Source: Planctomycetota bacterium (GTDB taxonomy: Bacteria; Planctomycetota; GCA-002687715; CAIWVZ01). From it: DNA of 64,000 nucleotides. Positions within the stretch are counted from its first letter, which is position 1. Each line of letters opens with the position of its first letter. Location of the stretch: positions 2,176,001-2,240,000 of the forward strand of contig JBGANV010000001.1 in assembly GCA_044222185.1 (NCBI GenBank). Direction: 5' to 3'. Both the position numbers and the translations under genes were made by a program. Of the stretch, positions 48,635-58,061 are shown in pieces. Below the pieces are notes generated by a model that did not search any database, had not been told where the DNA came from, and was given only the letters and a program-made list of their open reading frames with translations.

Positions 48635-49287
48635 TGAAGCCGCCCGTCGCGGAGTCGGATCTGGCGCGGCGCCGAGGCGGCGGCGACCGGGTCATGCGTC
48701 ACCATGACGATGGTCCGCCGGCCCGCGAGCCGGTGGAGGATCGCCAGGATCTCCCGGCCGGTCTCACTGTCCAGGTTTCCCGTGGGCTCGTCGGCCAGCA
48801 GGACCTCGGGCTCGCTGATGAGAGCGCGCGCGATCGCCACGCGTTGCATCTCGCCGCCGGAGAGCTCTTCGGGCCGGTGGTCCGCACGGTGGGCAACGCC
48901 GACATCGGTGAGCAACTCGTCCACGCGCGCACGCACGTCCCGCAGCCGCCGTCCCGCGATTAGCCGTGGCAGCGCGACGTTCTCGACGACGCTCAAGGTG
49001 GGCACCAGGTTGAAGAACTGGAACACGAACCCAATGCGATCGCGTCGCAGACGCGTGAGCGCATCATCGTCCATGCCGGACGTCGACACCCCGTCGATCG
49101 CGACCTCGCCCTCGGACGGGAGGTCCAGCCCCCCGGCGAGGTGGAGGAACGTCGACTTGCCCGACCCGCTGGGGCCGGTCACGGAGACGAACTGTCCCCG
49201 CTCGACCATGACCGTGAGGTCGGACAGCGCCGCAACGTCCCGAGTGCCCTGGCGGTAGTGCTTGCTGACGTTGCGGAACTGGATCAT
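48631..49287 (-). CDS. LolD/MacB-type ABC ATPase
   Basis: [46 protein letters not shown]. Confidence 0.95.
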   Translation of the reverse strand: MIQFRNVSKHYRQGTRDVAALSDLTVMVERGQFVSVTGPSGSGKSTFLHLAGGLDLPSEGEVAIDGVSTSGMDDDALTRLRRDRIGFVFQFFNLVPTLSVVENVALPRLIAGRRLRDVRARVDELLTDVGVAHRADHRPEELSGGEMQRVAIARALISEPEVLLADEPTGNLDSETGREILAILHRLAGRRTIVMVTHDPVAAASAPRQIRLRDGRLQ

Positions 49288-49747
49288 GAAGGTGGACTCG
49301 CGGGGATGAGCGCCGCGCTCACTCTCCGCCGCGCAGGGTCGAATTCCAGGCCTTGGTGGTCCCCGTGGCGACCGTCAAACTCTGCGTTCCGCCCGCGGCA
49401 GACTCGCCGCCGGCCGGGTGCGACCGGGGCCTCCACCTGACCAGGCTCCCAGCCTCGGGGCGATGCCGTCCCAGCGCCGCGAAACGCCGCAGCACAACTC
49501 ACAGGGAGTTGCCGGGACGCGTCAACGCGGCAAACCCGTTCGCACTCGTGCGAAGAGAGTTCCGCACGGCGATCCCGCGAGTTGTCGACAAACCACGACC
49601 ACGCTGACCTTTACGAACGCCGGCTGCCGGCGGAGGTGCAAGGCCGTTTTCACGGAATTCGACGCTCCGGTGTGAATGGCCCGGCCCTTCCGCGCCGATG
49701 GGATCTCCGCACGCGTTTGTTCGGAAGTGACTCATGGGGAGGGGCGC

Positions 49748-51118
49748 ATGCCACAGCTGACAGAACAGTTCAGGATCACCGAAGCCAACCTGGCACTTCG
49801 GCGGACGTTCATCCGGATCGGCAACGACGACAAGCGGATCCTCGCGAAGCTCGCGCCATGGGCCCGAAAGGTCGCGCCGGCCATCGCGCGGGAGTTCTAC
49901 GACTTCCAGTTCGCGTTCCCGCCGACGCGCCGCTTCTTCGACAAGTATGCCGCGATGAAGGGGCTCGGGATCGGCACCCTCCGCGACGCCCTCGAACGGG
50001 CGCAGGCCGGCTACTTCATCCAGATCTTCGAGGAATCCGAGCAGGGCGGCGAGTACGGCACCGCGTACTTCGAGAAACGACTCCACGTCGGGTCGGTCCA
50101 CAACATCATCGACCTGCCGATGAAGTGGTACATCGGGAGCTACTCCCTCTACACGGAGCTCGCTCGCAAGCACCTGCGTCGCAGCTTCCGGTTCCGCGCG
50201 CGATTCCGCGCCGCTGCGGAGGCGTCCATCGCCAAGATCATGAACCTGGACACCCAGGCGGTCGCCGATGCGTTTTTCCTCCAGCTTCTGAGCAGCCTCG
50301 GCTTCGACCTTTCCTCGGTGGAGCTCGAAGATCCGTCCATGGACATCTCCGAGTCCTTCCGCATGTTCAAGAAGGCCGCCGGCGACGCCCTCCGCGGGAT
50401 GATCGTCGCGAGCGAAGAGCTGACGGGAGTCGGACAACAGATCGCCGCTGCGTCGCAGCACGTGTCGACCAACGTGCAGCACCAGGCCGCGTCCCTCGAG
50501 GAGACGGCCGCGAGCCTCGGGACGATCACGGCATCGGTCAAGCAGAACGCCGCCGACGCCCGTCGCGCCAACGACCTCGCCAGCAGCGCGAGCACCGAAT
50601 CCGGCTCCAAGGTCCAGAGCGTCGCCGTGCAGATGAAGGAGATCTCGGCGTCCTCGCGCCAGATCGAGTCGATCATCACGTTGATCAACGAGATCGCGTT
50701 CCAGACGAACCTCCTCGCCCTGAACGCCGCCGTCGAAGCCGCGCGAGCTGGAGAACACGGGCGCGGATTCGCCGTCGTCGCTTCGGAAGTCGGCAACCTC
50801 GCCAAGCGCTCGGCATCTGCGGCCAAGGAGATCTCGACGCTCATCAAGGACTCCGCGCAGAAGGTCGACGCCGGGGCGAAGTCCGTCGCCGCCGTGACGG
50901 AACTGATCAAGAACATCAGCTCGTCGACGGTCGAGCAGTCGAAGCAGATCGACCAGGTGTCCGCCGTCGTCAGCCAGATGGACCAGGGGACGCAGTCGAA
51001 CGCCGCGCAGGCGGAACAGCTGAATGCCACCGCTGAACAGCTGGCGAGCCGCGCATCCGAACTGCGCGACCTGATGCGGTACTTCAAACTCGACGTCGGA
51101 AGCGGCTTCGGCGGCTGA
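49748..51118 (+). CDS. soluble globin-coupled methyl-accepting chemotaxis protein (HemAT-like)
   Basis: Protoglobin-like N-terminus (FYD, Y..RL.VG.VH..I.LP..WY...Y, K..NLD); MCP tip [30 protein letters not shown]; no TM; GGGGAGG RBS. Confidence 0.9.
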   Translation: MPQLTEQFRITEANLALRRTFIRIGNDDKRILAKLAPWARKVAPAIAREFYDFQFAFPPTRRFFDKYAAMKGLGIGTLRDALERAQAGYFIQIFEESEQGGEYGTAYFEKRLHVGSVHNIIDLPMKWYIGSYSLYTELARKHLRRSFRFRARFRAAAEASIAKIMNLDTQAVADAFFLQLLSSLGFDLSSVELEDPSMDISESFRMFKKAAGDALRGMIVASEELTGVGQQIAAASQHVSTNVQHQAASLEETAASLGTITASVKQNAADARRANDLASSASTESGSKVQSVAVQMKEISASSRQIESIITLINEIAFQTNLLALNAAVEAARAGEHGRGFAVVASEVGNLAKRSASAAKEISTLIKDSAQKVDAGAKSVAAVTELIKNISSSTVEQSKQIDQVSAVVSQMDQGTQSNAAQAEQLNATAEQLASRASELRDLMRYFKLDVGSGFGG

Positions 51119-51497
51119 TCCGCTGGCGTCCGATCCGTGGGCGGGCCCCTCGGCCCGCCCCTCATTCCTCCACCGGGGCGGGCAGAGGGATCGCCGTCGC
51201 GATCGGCAGCCCGTGACGCCGACGCCGCCAGGCGCTCGCCGAGATCCACGAAAGGCGACTCCCGTCTCACCCGAGGCCGCGAGGTCGCGCCCGCACCGCT
51301 TCCCCGACCGCGCGTCGCCTCGACGGATCCGCAGTCGACACGATCGCCTTCGACGGCGCCGCGCCCCAAATCACTGGACCGGCCTCGACTCGATCTGTAC
51401 TCTCGCCTCCGAACTCCCCGACCCGAGGCCTCGATGCGGTGATCACTCCTCCCAGGCCTCGCCGTAACCCACGAAGCCGTAGGCGACCCTCTCAACG

Positions 51498-52730
51498 ATG
51501 AATTCCATCCGAACCACTCTGTGTCTCTGTCTTGCCGCCGCCCTCACGATGGCGCAGGCCCCGTCGAACGACGAATGCGTCTCGGCGATTCCCGTCACCA
51601 ATGGGCAGACGATCGCCACGAACGTCGGCGCGACGAACTCGGTCGGATTCGCTGGGAGTTGCATCCCAGGCGAGTCGGACGTCTTCTTCAGCTATCTGGC
51701 GACGGCTCCCGGCCTCGTCCACGCATCGCTGTGCCAGACTCCAGGCAACCCGTCGGACATCAACGACAGCGTCATCAACGTGTACTCGGGAGGCTGCGCC
51801 GGCGCCGAGGTCTCCTGCAACGACGACAACTGCGGGCTGCTCTCGAGTACGAGCTTCAATGCCGTCGCGGGCACCACGTACATCATCCGCGTCGCCGGCT
51901 ATTCGTTCTTCGACACGGGCACGTTCATCCTGGACGTTCAGCCCGCCGGACCGCCGCCCGCCAACGACACCTGCCTGAACGCGACGATCGTCGGCGACGG
52001 CACCGTGAACGGCGACAACACGAACGCGACGACCGAGCCGGGACTTCCGCTCGAACAGTGCGGCTTCAATCCGACGAACGACGTCTGGTACCAGTACTAC
52101 AACACGAGCAACTGCTACTGGAACGTCACGGCGAGCCTGTGCCCGACCACCGCGCCCGCGATCGACAGCATGCTGCGGGTGTTCACGGGCACCTGTGGCA
52201 ACTTCACCGAAATCGCCTGTAACGACGACTTCTGTGGGCTCATCTCCGAAACTTCGTTCATCCTGGGCCCGGGCCAGAGCGCGTTCATCGCCGTGGCGAT
52301 CTACAACGACTCGGGCGGTGGCCCGTTCGGCCTCACGCTCTCCCATGGGACGGCCGTGGCGCAACCGGTCGGCGCGTCTTGCCCCATCGGCGGGCCGTCG
52401 CTGTCGTCGGACGCACCGATCCTCGGTGGGACCGTGACGATCACCGTCGCGAACGGGACACCGGGCGCAGCGGGAACGATGTTCTACGGAGTCGGCGCGC
52501 CCTCGCCGTTCGTGTTCCTCGGTTGCTCGGTCTACATCGACCTCGCGACGCTCCAGCCGCTCCTGAACTACGTCACCGATGCCGGCGGCGGTTTCCAGCT
52601 CGTCGCTCCGCTGCCGAACATCCCGGCGCTCGACTGCGTCCGCGTGATGCTGCAGTCGGCCCACTTCGGGACGCTCACGCCGAACGGGTTCGAACTCACC
52701 AACGGCCTCGACGCTCAGCTCGGATACTGA
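51498..52730 (+). CDS. secreted Cys-rich protein with two repeated beta-sandwich-like modules and the shared C-terminal domain
   Basis: Signal peptide; two copies of P.ND.C..A...N..AT...C....DV...Y...ASLC...DS...V..G.C....E..CNDD.CGL.S.TSF; C-terminal LPNIPAL. Confidence 0.85.
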   Translation: MNSIRTTLCLCLAAALTMAQAPSNDECVSAIPVTNGQTIATNVGATNSVGFAGSCIPGESDVFFSYLATAPGLVHASLCQTPGNPSDINDSVINVYSGGCAGAEVSCNDDNCGLLSSTSFNAVAGTTYIIRVAGYSFFDTGTFILDVQPAGPPPANDTCLNATIVGDGTVNGDNTNATTEPGLPLEQCGFNPTNDVWYQYYNTSNCYWNVTASLCPTTAPAIDSMLRVFTGTCGNFTEIACNDDFCGLISETSFILGPGQSAFIAVAIYNDSGGGPFGLTLSHGTAVAQPVGASCPIGGPSLSSDAPILGGTVTITVANGTPGAAGTMFYGVGAPSPFVFLGCSVYIDLATLQPLLNYVTDAGGGFQLVAPLPNIPALDCVRVMLQSAHFGTLTPNGFELTNGLDAQLGY

Positions 52731-52814
52731 CGGTCCCGCCGCCGGTCCCTCGGGCGACGGCGGCTCTCCGACCGAGCTTGTCTGGGGGCTCGGAGCGAAT
52801 TACGCTCCCGCCCC

Positions 52815-54473
52815 ATGAGGGCCGATCAGACGACCTCGCAGCCGACGGCGGAAGCGCACCTGCGCAAGGTCGTCATCCTGGTCGTCGCCGCACTCGCGGT
52901 GACCTCGAGCGTCCGCAACTTCGTCCCGCGGCTCATCCACCCCTGGGACTTCGAGGACGACGCCGCCCAGCACGTCTGGTGGACCTATCGCTTCGCGGAC
53001 GCCTCCCTCTTCCCGAGCGACATCGCGGCGGACTACTTCTCGCTGCCGACGTTCGCACCGGTCGGATACCAGGCGGTCTACCGCACGCTGGTCCCGCTCG
53101 CCGACGCACAACGCGTCTCCGAAGTGATCCCGATCGTGCTCACGGCGATCACAGCCGTCCTCGGGGTTCTGCTTGGCCGAGCCGTCGGCCGGGGCTCCTG
53201 GGTGGGCGGGCTCGTGGGTGGGGTCATGGCCACCTCGGCGTTGATCGTCAACAAGATCGACGGCGGTCTACCCCGGGCGTTCGCGGAGCCGCTCCTCTTG
53301 TTCGCGCTTTGGGCACTGGTTCAGCGACGGATCGTGTTCCTCGGCGTCGCCTTCGTCCTGACCGCGCTGTTCTACCCCCCGTTGATCGTCAACCTCGGGC
53401 TCGTGACCGTGTTCGTCCTCGGGATCGACTGGTGGCGGAGCCGCCGATTGCCGAAGGGCTGGATCGCTCTGCTCGTTGGAATCGCGATCGCAGCCGGCGT
53501 CGTTGCATACGCCTACGCGCGACCGATGCGTCCCGATTTCGCACCGAAGATCACCGCGGCAGACGCGCGCGCCATGCCGGAGTTCTGGCAGGGCGGTCGA
53601 TCCGCATTCTTCTCGAAGGACCTCGTGCGCTTCTATTTCGAGGGCCCACGCCCGGGGATGGGGCTGTCGCCCGCGTCGCTCGCGCTGTCGATCGTGGGCC
53701 TGATCCTGCTCGCGCGTTCGTTCCGAGGCGCGATCGGCATGGAGATCACCGGCCTGTTCGTCACGTCGCTCGGCGCATTCATCGTCGCTCACGCAGTGCT
53801 CTTCGCCCTCCATCTCCCGAGCCGATACACCCGATACACGTTCCCGGTCTGCGCCCTCATGGTGATCTCGTCCGTCGTCCCGCGGTTGGCCGAGATCCGT
53901 CCCCTGGCGCGATTCGCCAGACGCTTGCATGAACCGCGCATCCTGGCTGTGATCGGCGCGGTGATCGCGCTCTGCGCGGCGACCGACGCCATCGTCAAGG
54001 TCAGGAGAGACCTCGGCAGGTCTCCCGAGCCGGGGCTCATGGAAGTCCTGGAATTCGTGAGTCAGCTCCCCAAGGAATCCGTGATCGCCGCCCATCCGTC
54101 GGACGCGAGCGTCATCCCGCTGCTCACCCGTCGCAGCACGGTCGCGAACGAGGAGATCTCGCTGGCGTACCACATGGGTTACTATCGCCAGGTGAAGGCT
54201 CGTCTCACGGATGAGTTGCGCGCCTGCTTCGCGCACGACTGGTCCGACGTCGACGCGCTGTGGTCGCGCTACGGCGCCCGCGCCTTCGTCGTGAACACGG
54301 GACGCTACGCGGACGTGTCACGACCCATCTACCGCCAACCGTTCGAGTCGGACCTCCGTCCCGAGATCGAGGCCCATGCGAAGGTCGGGTTCGTACTCGC
54401 CCGTCCTCCCGCCGACCGCATCCTGTTCGCAGCCGGGAACTACGTCGTCGTTCGCGTCGGCCCGGACGTCTGA
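52815..54473 (+). CDS. multi-pass membrane protein, possible GT-C glycosyltransferase
   Basis: About ten hydrophobic segments; acidic DD in the first outer loop (FEDDAAQH); GG.PRAF; C-terminal soluble domain; heads a GT2/flippase operon. Confidence 0.6.
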   Translation: MRADQTTSQPTAEAHLRKVVILVVAALAVTSSVRNFVPRLIHPWDFEDDAAQHVWWTYRFADASLFPSDIAADYFSLPTFAPVGYQAVYRTLVPLADAQRVSEVIPIVLTAITAVLGVLLGRAVGRGSWVGGLVGGVMATSALIVNKIDGGLPRAFAEPLLLFALWALVQRRIVFLGVAFVLTALFYPPLIVNLGLVTVFVLGIDWWRSRRLPKGWIALLVGIAIAAGVVAYAYARPMRPDFAPKITAADARAMPEFWQGGRSAFFSKDLVRFYFEGPRPGMGLSPASLALSIVGLILLARSFRGAIGMEITGLFVTSLGAFIVAHAVLFALHLPSRYTRYTFPVCALMVISSVVPRLAEIRPLARFARRLHEPRILAVIGAVIALCAATDAIVKVRRDLGRSPEPGLMEVLEFVSQLPKESVIAAHPSDASVIPLLTRRSTVANEEISLAYHMGYYRQVKARLTDELRACFAHDWSDVDALWSRYGARAFVVNTGRYADVSRPIYRQPFESDLRPEIEAHAKVGFVLARPPADRILFAAGNYVVVRVGPDV

Positions 54474-54476
54474 AAC

Positions 54477-55373
54477 ATGCCGGAAAACTACGGATCTGAT
54501 TCGAGCCTCGACCTGACCGTGCTGCTCCCCGCCTACAACGAGGAGGAGGCGATCGAACCGGTCGTCGCCGAGGTGCGTGCGGCCCTGGCCGCGTGGCCGG
54601 GAAGCTACGAGATCCTCGTCGTCGACGACGCATCGGTGGATTCAACGGCGGCGCGGGCCGAGAAGGCCGGCGTCCGCGTCGTTCGTCGCGTGGAGAACGG
54701 CGGATCGGGAGCCTCGCGCAAGACGGGCACCCGCGAGGCACGCGGCCGGCTGATCGCCATGCTGGACGCCGACGGGACGTACGTCGCATCGCACCTGCCC
54801 GAGCTTCTCTCGTACTTCCCCGCCTGGGACCAGGTCAACGGCGCACGCACGACGGAGCAGGGCACCATGCGCCCGCTTCGCGTTCCGGCGAAGTGGGCGA
54901 TCCGCAAGCTCGCGGAGTGGATCAGCCGTCGCAAGATCCCGGACCTGAACACGGGAATGAAGATCTACAAACGCGACGTGATGCTCCGCTACCTGTGGGT
55001 GATGCCCGAGGGATTCTCCTGCGTCACGTCCATGACGCTGGCGTTCCTCTGCAACGGTCACCCCGTGAAGTACGTCCCCGTGGGATACCGCAAGCGCATC
55101 GGTCACTCGAAGTTTCACCCCGTGAAGGACACGGCGCGTTACGCCATGACCGTCCTGCGGATGATCATGTATTTCCGCCCGCTCCGCGTGTTCCTCCCGC
55201 TCGCGATCCTCATCGCCGGCTTTGCCGGCGCGAAGATGTCCTACGACTTCTTCATCTCGCCCAAGCACACGCTGCAGGAATCGGACATCATCGTCGCCGT
55301 CGCCGGGATCATGACGCTGGTCATCGGATTGCTCGCCGACCTCGTCGTCGCCCAGCGGAGGGAAGCGCGTTGA
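54477..55373 (+). CDS. GT2 glycosyltransferase (polyprenol-phosphate sugar synthase-like) with two C-terminal TM helices
   Basis: LPAYNEE, VVDDAS.D, DADGTY, PDLNTG, Y..R.G.SK. Confidence 0.9.
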   Translation: MPENYGSDSSLDLTVLLPAYNEEEAIEPVVAEVRAALAAWPGSYEILVVDDASVDSTAARAEKAGVRVVRRVENGGSGASRKTGTREARGRLIAMLDADGTYVASHLPELLSYFPAWDQVNGARTTEQGTMRPLRVPAKWAIRKLAEWISRRKIPDLNTGMKIYKRDVMLRYLWVMPEGFSCVTSMTLAFLCNGHPVKYVPVGYRKRIGHSKFHPVKDTARYAMTVLRMIMYFRPLRVFLPLAILIAGFAGAKMSYDFFISPKHTLQESDIIVAVAGIMTLVIGLLADLVVAQRREAR

Positions 55374-57001
55374 ACGACGGACGCGCCGGAGACGATGTCG
55401 ACGCCGCACGGTGGTACCTCGACGAGGTGCTCGCGCAGATCCCGCGAATCCTCACGCTGATCGATCGCGATCCGACGTCGCCGACGTACGGCTGCTTCGA
55501 CCGGAACTACTGGCATTACCGCACGCAGGATTTTCCGAGCGGGATGTATCAGGAGCTCGCGCTGCCGCTCGCGCAGGTCTGGGCGCTGGACGTTCCTGGG
55601 AATCCGTGGCGCGGCGAGGCGCGCATCCGCGAACTCGCACTCGCTGCCATTCGGTACGCCGCCAGGTCTGCCCATCCGGACGCCTCCTGCGACGACTACT
55701 ACCCCTTCGAACGCGCGCTGGGAGCGACCGCATTCGTCGCGAACGCGAGCGCGGAGGCCATGCGTGTCCTCGACGCTACGGATGCCGACATCCTGGCGTT
55801 CGCCAGAAAACGCTGCACGTGGTTGGTGAATCGACACGAGACGGGCCGGCTGTCGAACCACCAGGCACTGGTCGCGCTGGCCGCCGCGCGGACGGCGCGG
55901 CTCTGCAACGACGAATCTCTACTCGCAGCCGCCCGATCCCGGTTGGACGCGTGCCTCGATTGGCAGCACGCCGAAGGGTGGTTCCCCGAATACGAAGGCG
56001 CCGATCCGGGGTATCAGACGCTCACGATCGCGTTCCTCTCGGCGCTACGGCCGTACCTCCCGTCGCCGCGGCTGGACGATGCCCTGCGACGCGCCGCCGA
56101 TTTCGCCGCGCATTTCCTCCATCCCGATGGATCCTTCGCCGGTGAAACCGGGAGTCGGAACACCTGCCAGGTTCTCCCCTCCGGCTTCGAGCGTCTGGCG
56201 GCGAACGTCCCCGCGGCCGCGTGGCTCGCAGATGGCTGGCTTCGCGGGGCGCGGGCCCGGCTCCGCGGCTTTCCGGACGACGATCGCATCGTGTGCCACT
56301 GGCTCGGGGACTACCTCCAGGCCTGGGAGGCCCGTCGGAGTCGCTCGATGGCCGTCGCCCCTTGGTCTCCGCCCAGCGGAACGACGGCGTTTCCGGCCGC
56401 GCACCTCGTCGTCGTCCGCGAGGCGCCGCTCCATCTCGTGGTCGCCACGAGCAAGGGCGGAGTGTTCCGCGCCTATTCGGGGCCGCGTCTCCTCGCGAAC
56501 GACACGGGACTCGTCGGCGTGACGACCGACGGGCGACGCGTCGTCTCGCACCTCGTCGACCCGACGCCAACCGTTTCCGCCGACCGCCGTTCCATCACGG
56601 TCCGCGGCCGGATGCACGTGGCGTCCCGCAAGCTCGCGGCGCCCATGAAGCAGGTGGTCTTCCGCATCATCAATGCCACGATCGGTCGAGTCGCTCCCAA
56701 TCTCTTGCGCCTGCTGCTCCAAAAAGTCCTCATCACCGGGCGCAAGTCCGCGCCCTATTCCTTCGAGCGCACGCTCACCTGGAACGACGCCGGAGAGCTC
56801 ACGGTCCGCGACCGCGTCGAGGCCGACTCCGGAGCCCCGCCGCTCGAGCGCGTGCTCGCCTCGACGGACGCCACGTCGATCTACGTCGCCACGTCGAATC
56901 TCTGGCAGAACGCCTCGCTCCTGCCGTGGTCCGCGCTGCCGTCGCTGGCGAGCGGACTGCGCGAGACGGGTGCTGGCGAGTCGCTGCGGAGCTTTCGGTG
57001 A
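55370..57001 (+). CDS. conserved hypothetical protein (helical N-terminus, beta-rich C-terminus; possible glycan-modifying enzyme)
   Basis: TTGA overlap with the GT2 stop; motifs SPTYGCFDR.YWHY, DDYYPFE, NHQA, EGWF.EY.G.DPGY, F.HPDG.F.G..GSRNT. Confidence 0.7.
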   Translation: MNDGRAGDDVDAARWYLDEVLAQIPRILTLIDRDPTSPTYGCFDRNYWHYRTQDFPSGMYQELALPLAQVWALDVPGNPWRGEARIRELALAAIRYAARSAHPDASCDDYYPFERALGATAFVANASAEAMRVLDATDADILAFARKRCTWLVNRHETGRLSNHQALVALAAARTARLCNDESLLAAARSRLDACLDWQHAEGWFPEYEGADPGYQTLTIAFLSALRPYLPSPRLDDALRRAADFAAHFLHPDGSFAGETGSRNTCQVLPSGFERLAANVPAAAWLADGWLRGARARLRGFPDDDRIVCHWLGDYLQAWEARRSRSMAVAPWSPPSGTTAFPAAHLVVVREAPLHLVVATSKGGVFRAYSGPRLLANDTGLVGVTTDGRRVVSHLVDPTPTVSADRRSITVRGRMHVASRKLAAPMKQVVFRIINATIGRVAPNLLRLLLQKVLITGRKSAPYSFERTLTWNDAGELTVRDRVEADSGAPPLERVLASTDATSIYVATSNLWQNASLLPWSALPSLASGLRETGAGESLRSFR

Positions 57002-57972
57002 CGAAACGTCTGCTCCTGCTGCTGCTTTCCCTCGTTGCGCTGGGAATCCTCTGGTGGAAGACGGGCTGGGCCGACCTCGTCGACGCCGTGAAATCGCTCG
57101 ACGGGGCCTGGTTCGTCGCGGCGCTCCTCATGTTCGTCCCGCAAACCTGGCTCAGCGGCGTTCGGTGGTCGTGGATCGTGGGCGCCTACCAGCCGCTTGG
57201 GGCCTGGAAGGCCACGGAACTCGTGCTCGCGTCCTCGACGCTGAACATCGTCCTTCCTTCCAAGATGGGTGACGTGGCCAAGGGCGCGTTCCTCGCGCGC
57301 GGCCAGGCGGGAGGCGACCTCGCGACGGGCCTCACGCTGGGGCTCTTCGAGAAGGGGCTGGACACCGCCGCGCTCGCCGCGGTCATGCTCGTCGCCACCG
57401 CGTTCGCCCCGCCGGTCAACCCCCTCGAGTGGTTCCTCGTCGCCAGTGCGCTCGCAGGCACCCTCGCGTTCCTCGCGATTCTGACGCGGCCGGTGGCGGC
57501 GAGACTCGCACCGTGGGCGACCACCGAGGGTCGCGGCTTGCGGCGCAAGCTCACGAGGATCCTCGGAGTGATCGGCGCCGTCGTCCTGAAGCTGCGCGCC
57601 GAACCGGCCCGCTTCGCGACGATCCTGGTGAGTGCCGTCGTGCTGTGGACGCTCCACCTGATCCAGTTCTCCTTCGCCCTTCGCGCCGCCGGCGGCGATA
57701 CGTCGACGGTGATGCTCTGGAGCCGCGTCCCCATGGCGATCTTCCTGGGACTCCTGCCGTTCACGTTCGCGGGCGTCGGCACGCGCGACGCCGCCATGCG
57801 TTACCTCCTCGCGCCGACGATCGGCGTGGGTCCCGCGCTCGCATTGGGCCTCTTCGCGACGCTTCGCTACGTGATCGTCGCCGTTGCAGGCGCGCCTTTC
57901 GTCGTGCGTCTCCCCGTCGACCGGGCGGCGCTGCTGCGCGGACGCTCACCGGCGAAGACCTCCGATCCGTGA
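56998..57972 (+). CDS. lysylphosphatidylglycerol-synthase TM-type flippase-like protein
   Basis: GTGA overlap; RW, N..LP.K.GD..K, LP.T.AG.G.RD; multiple TM segments. Confidence 0.85.
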   Translation: MTKRLLLLLLSLVALGILWWKTGWADLVDAVKSLDGAWFVAALLMFVPQTWLSGVRWSWIVGAYQPLGAWKATELVLASSTLNIVLPSKMGDVAKGAFLARGQAGGDLATGLTLGLFEKGLDTAALAAVMLVATAFAPPVNPLEWFLVASALAGTLAFLAILTRPVAARLAPWATTEGRGLRRKLTRILGVIGAVVLKLRAEPARFATILVSAVVLWTLHLIQFSFALRAAGGDTSTVMLWSRVPMAIFLGLLPFTFAGVGTRDAAMRYLLAPTIGVGPALALGLFATLRYVIVAVAGAPFVVRLPVDRAALLRGRSPAKTSDP

Positions 57973-58061
57973 ACGTCGCGCTTGCCGGATCCGAGCTTCG
58001 CCCGGAAGATCCGCGCTCTCGCCGACGTCAGGCCGTTGACGCTCGTCGTCGCAAGGAAGCC

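Noticed and set aside
51119-51497. 380-bp intergenic region and small ORFs after the chemoreceptor
   Set aside because: The ORFs are Arg/Pro-rich without an RBS and I found no convincing RNA motif; it looks like promoter or spacer DNA.
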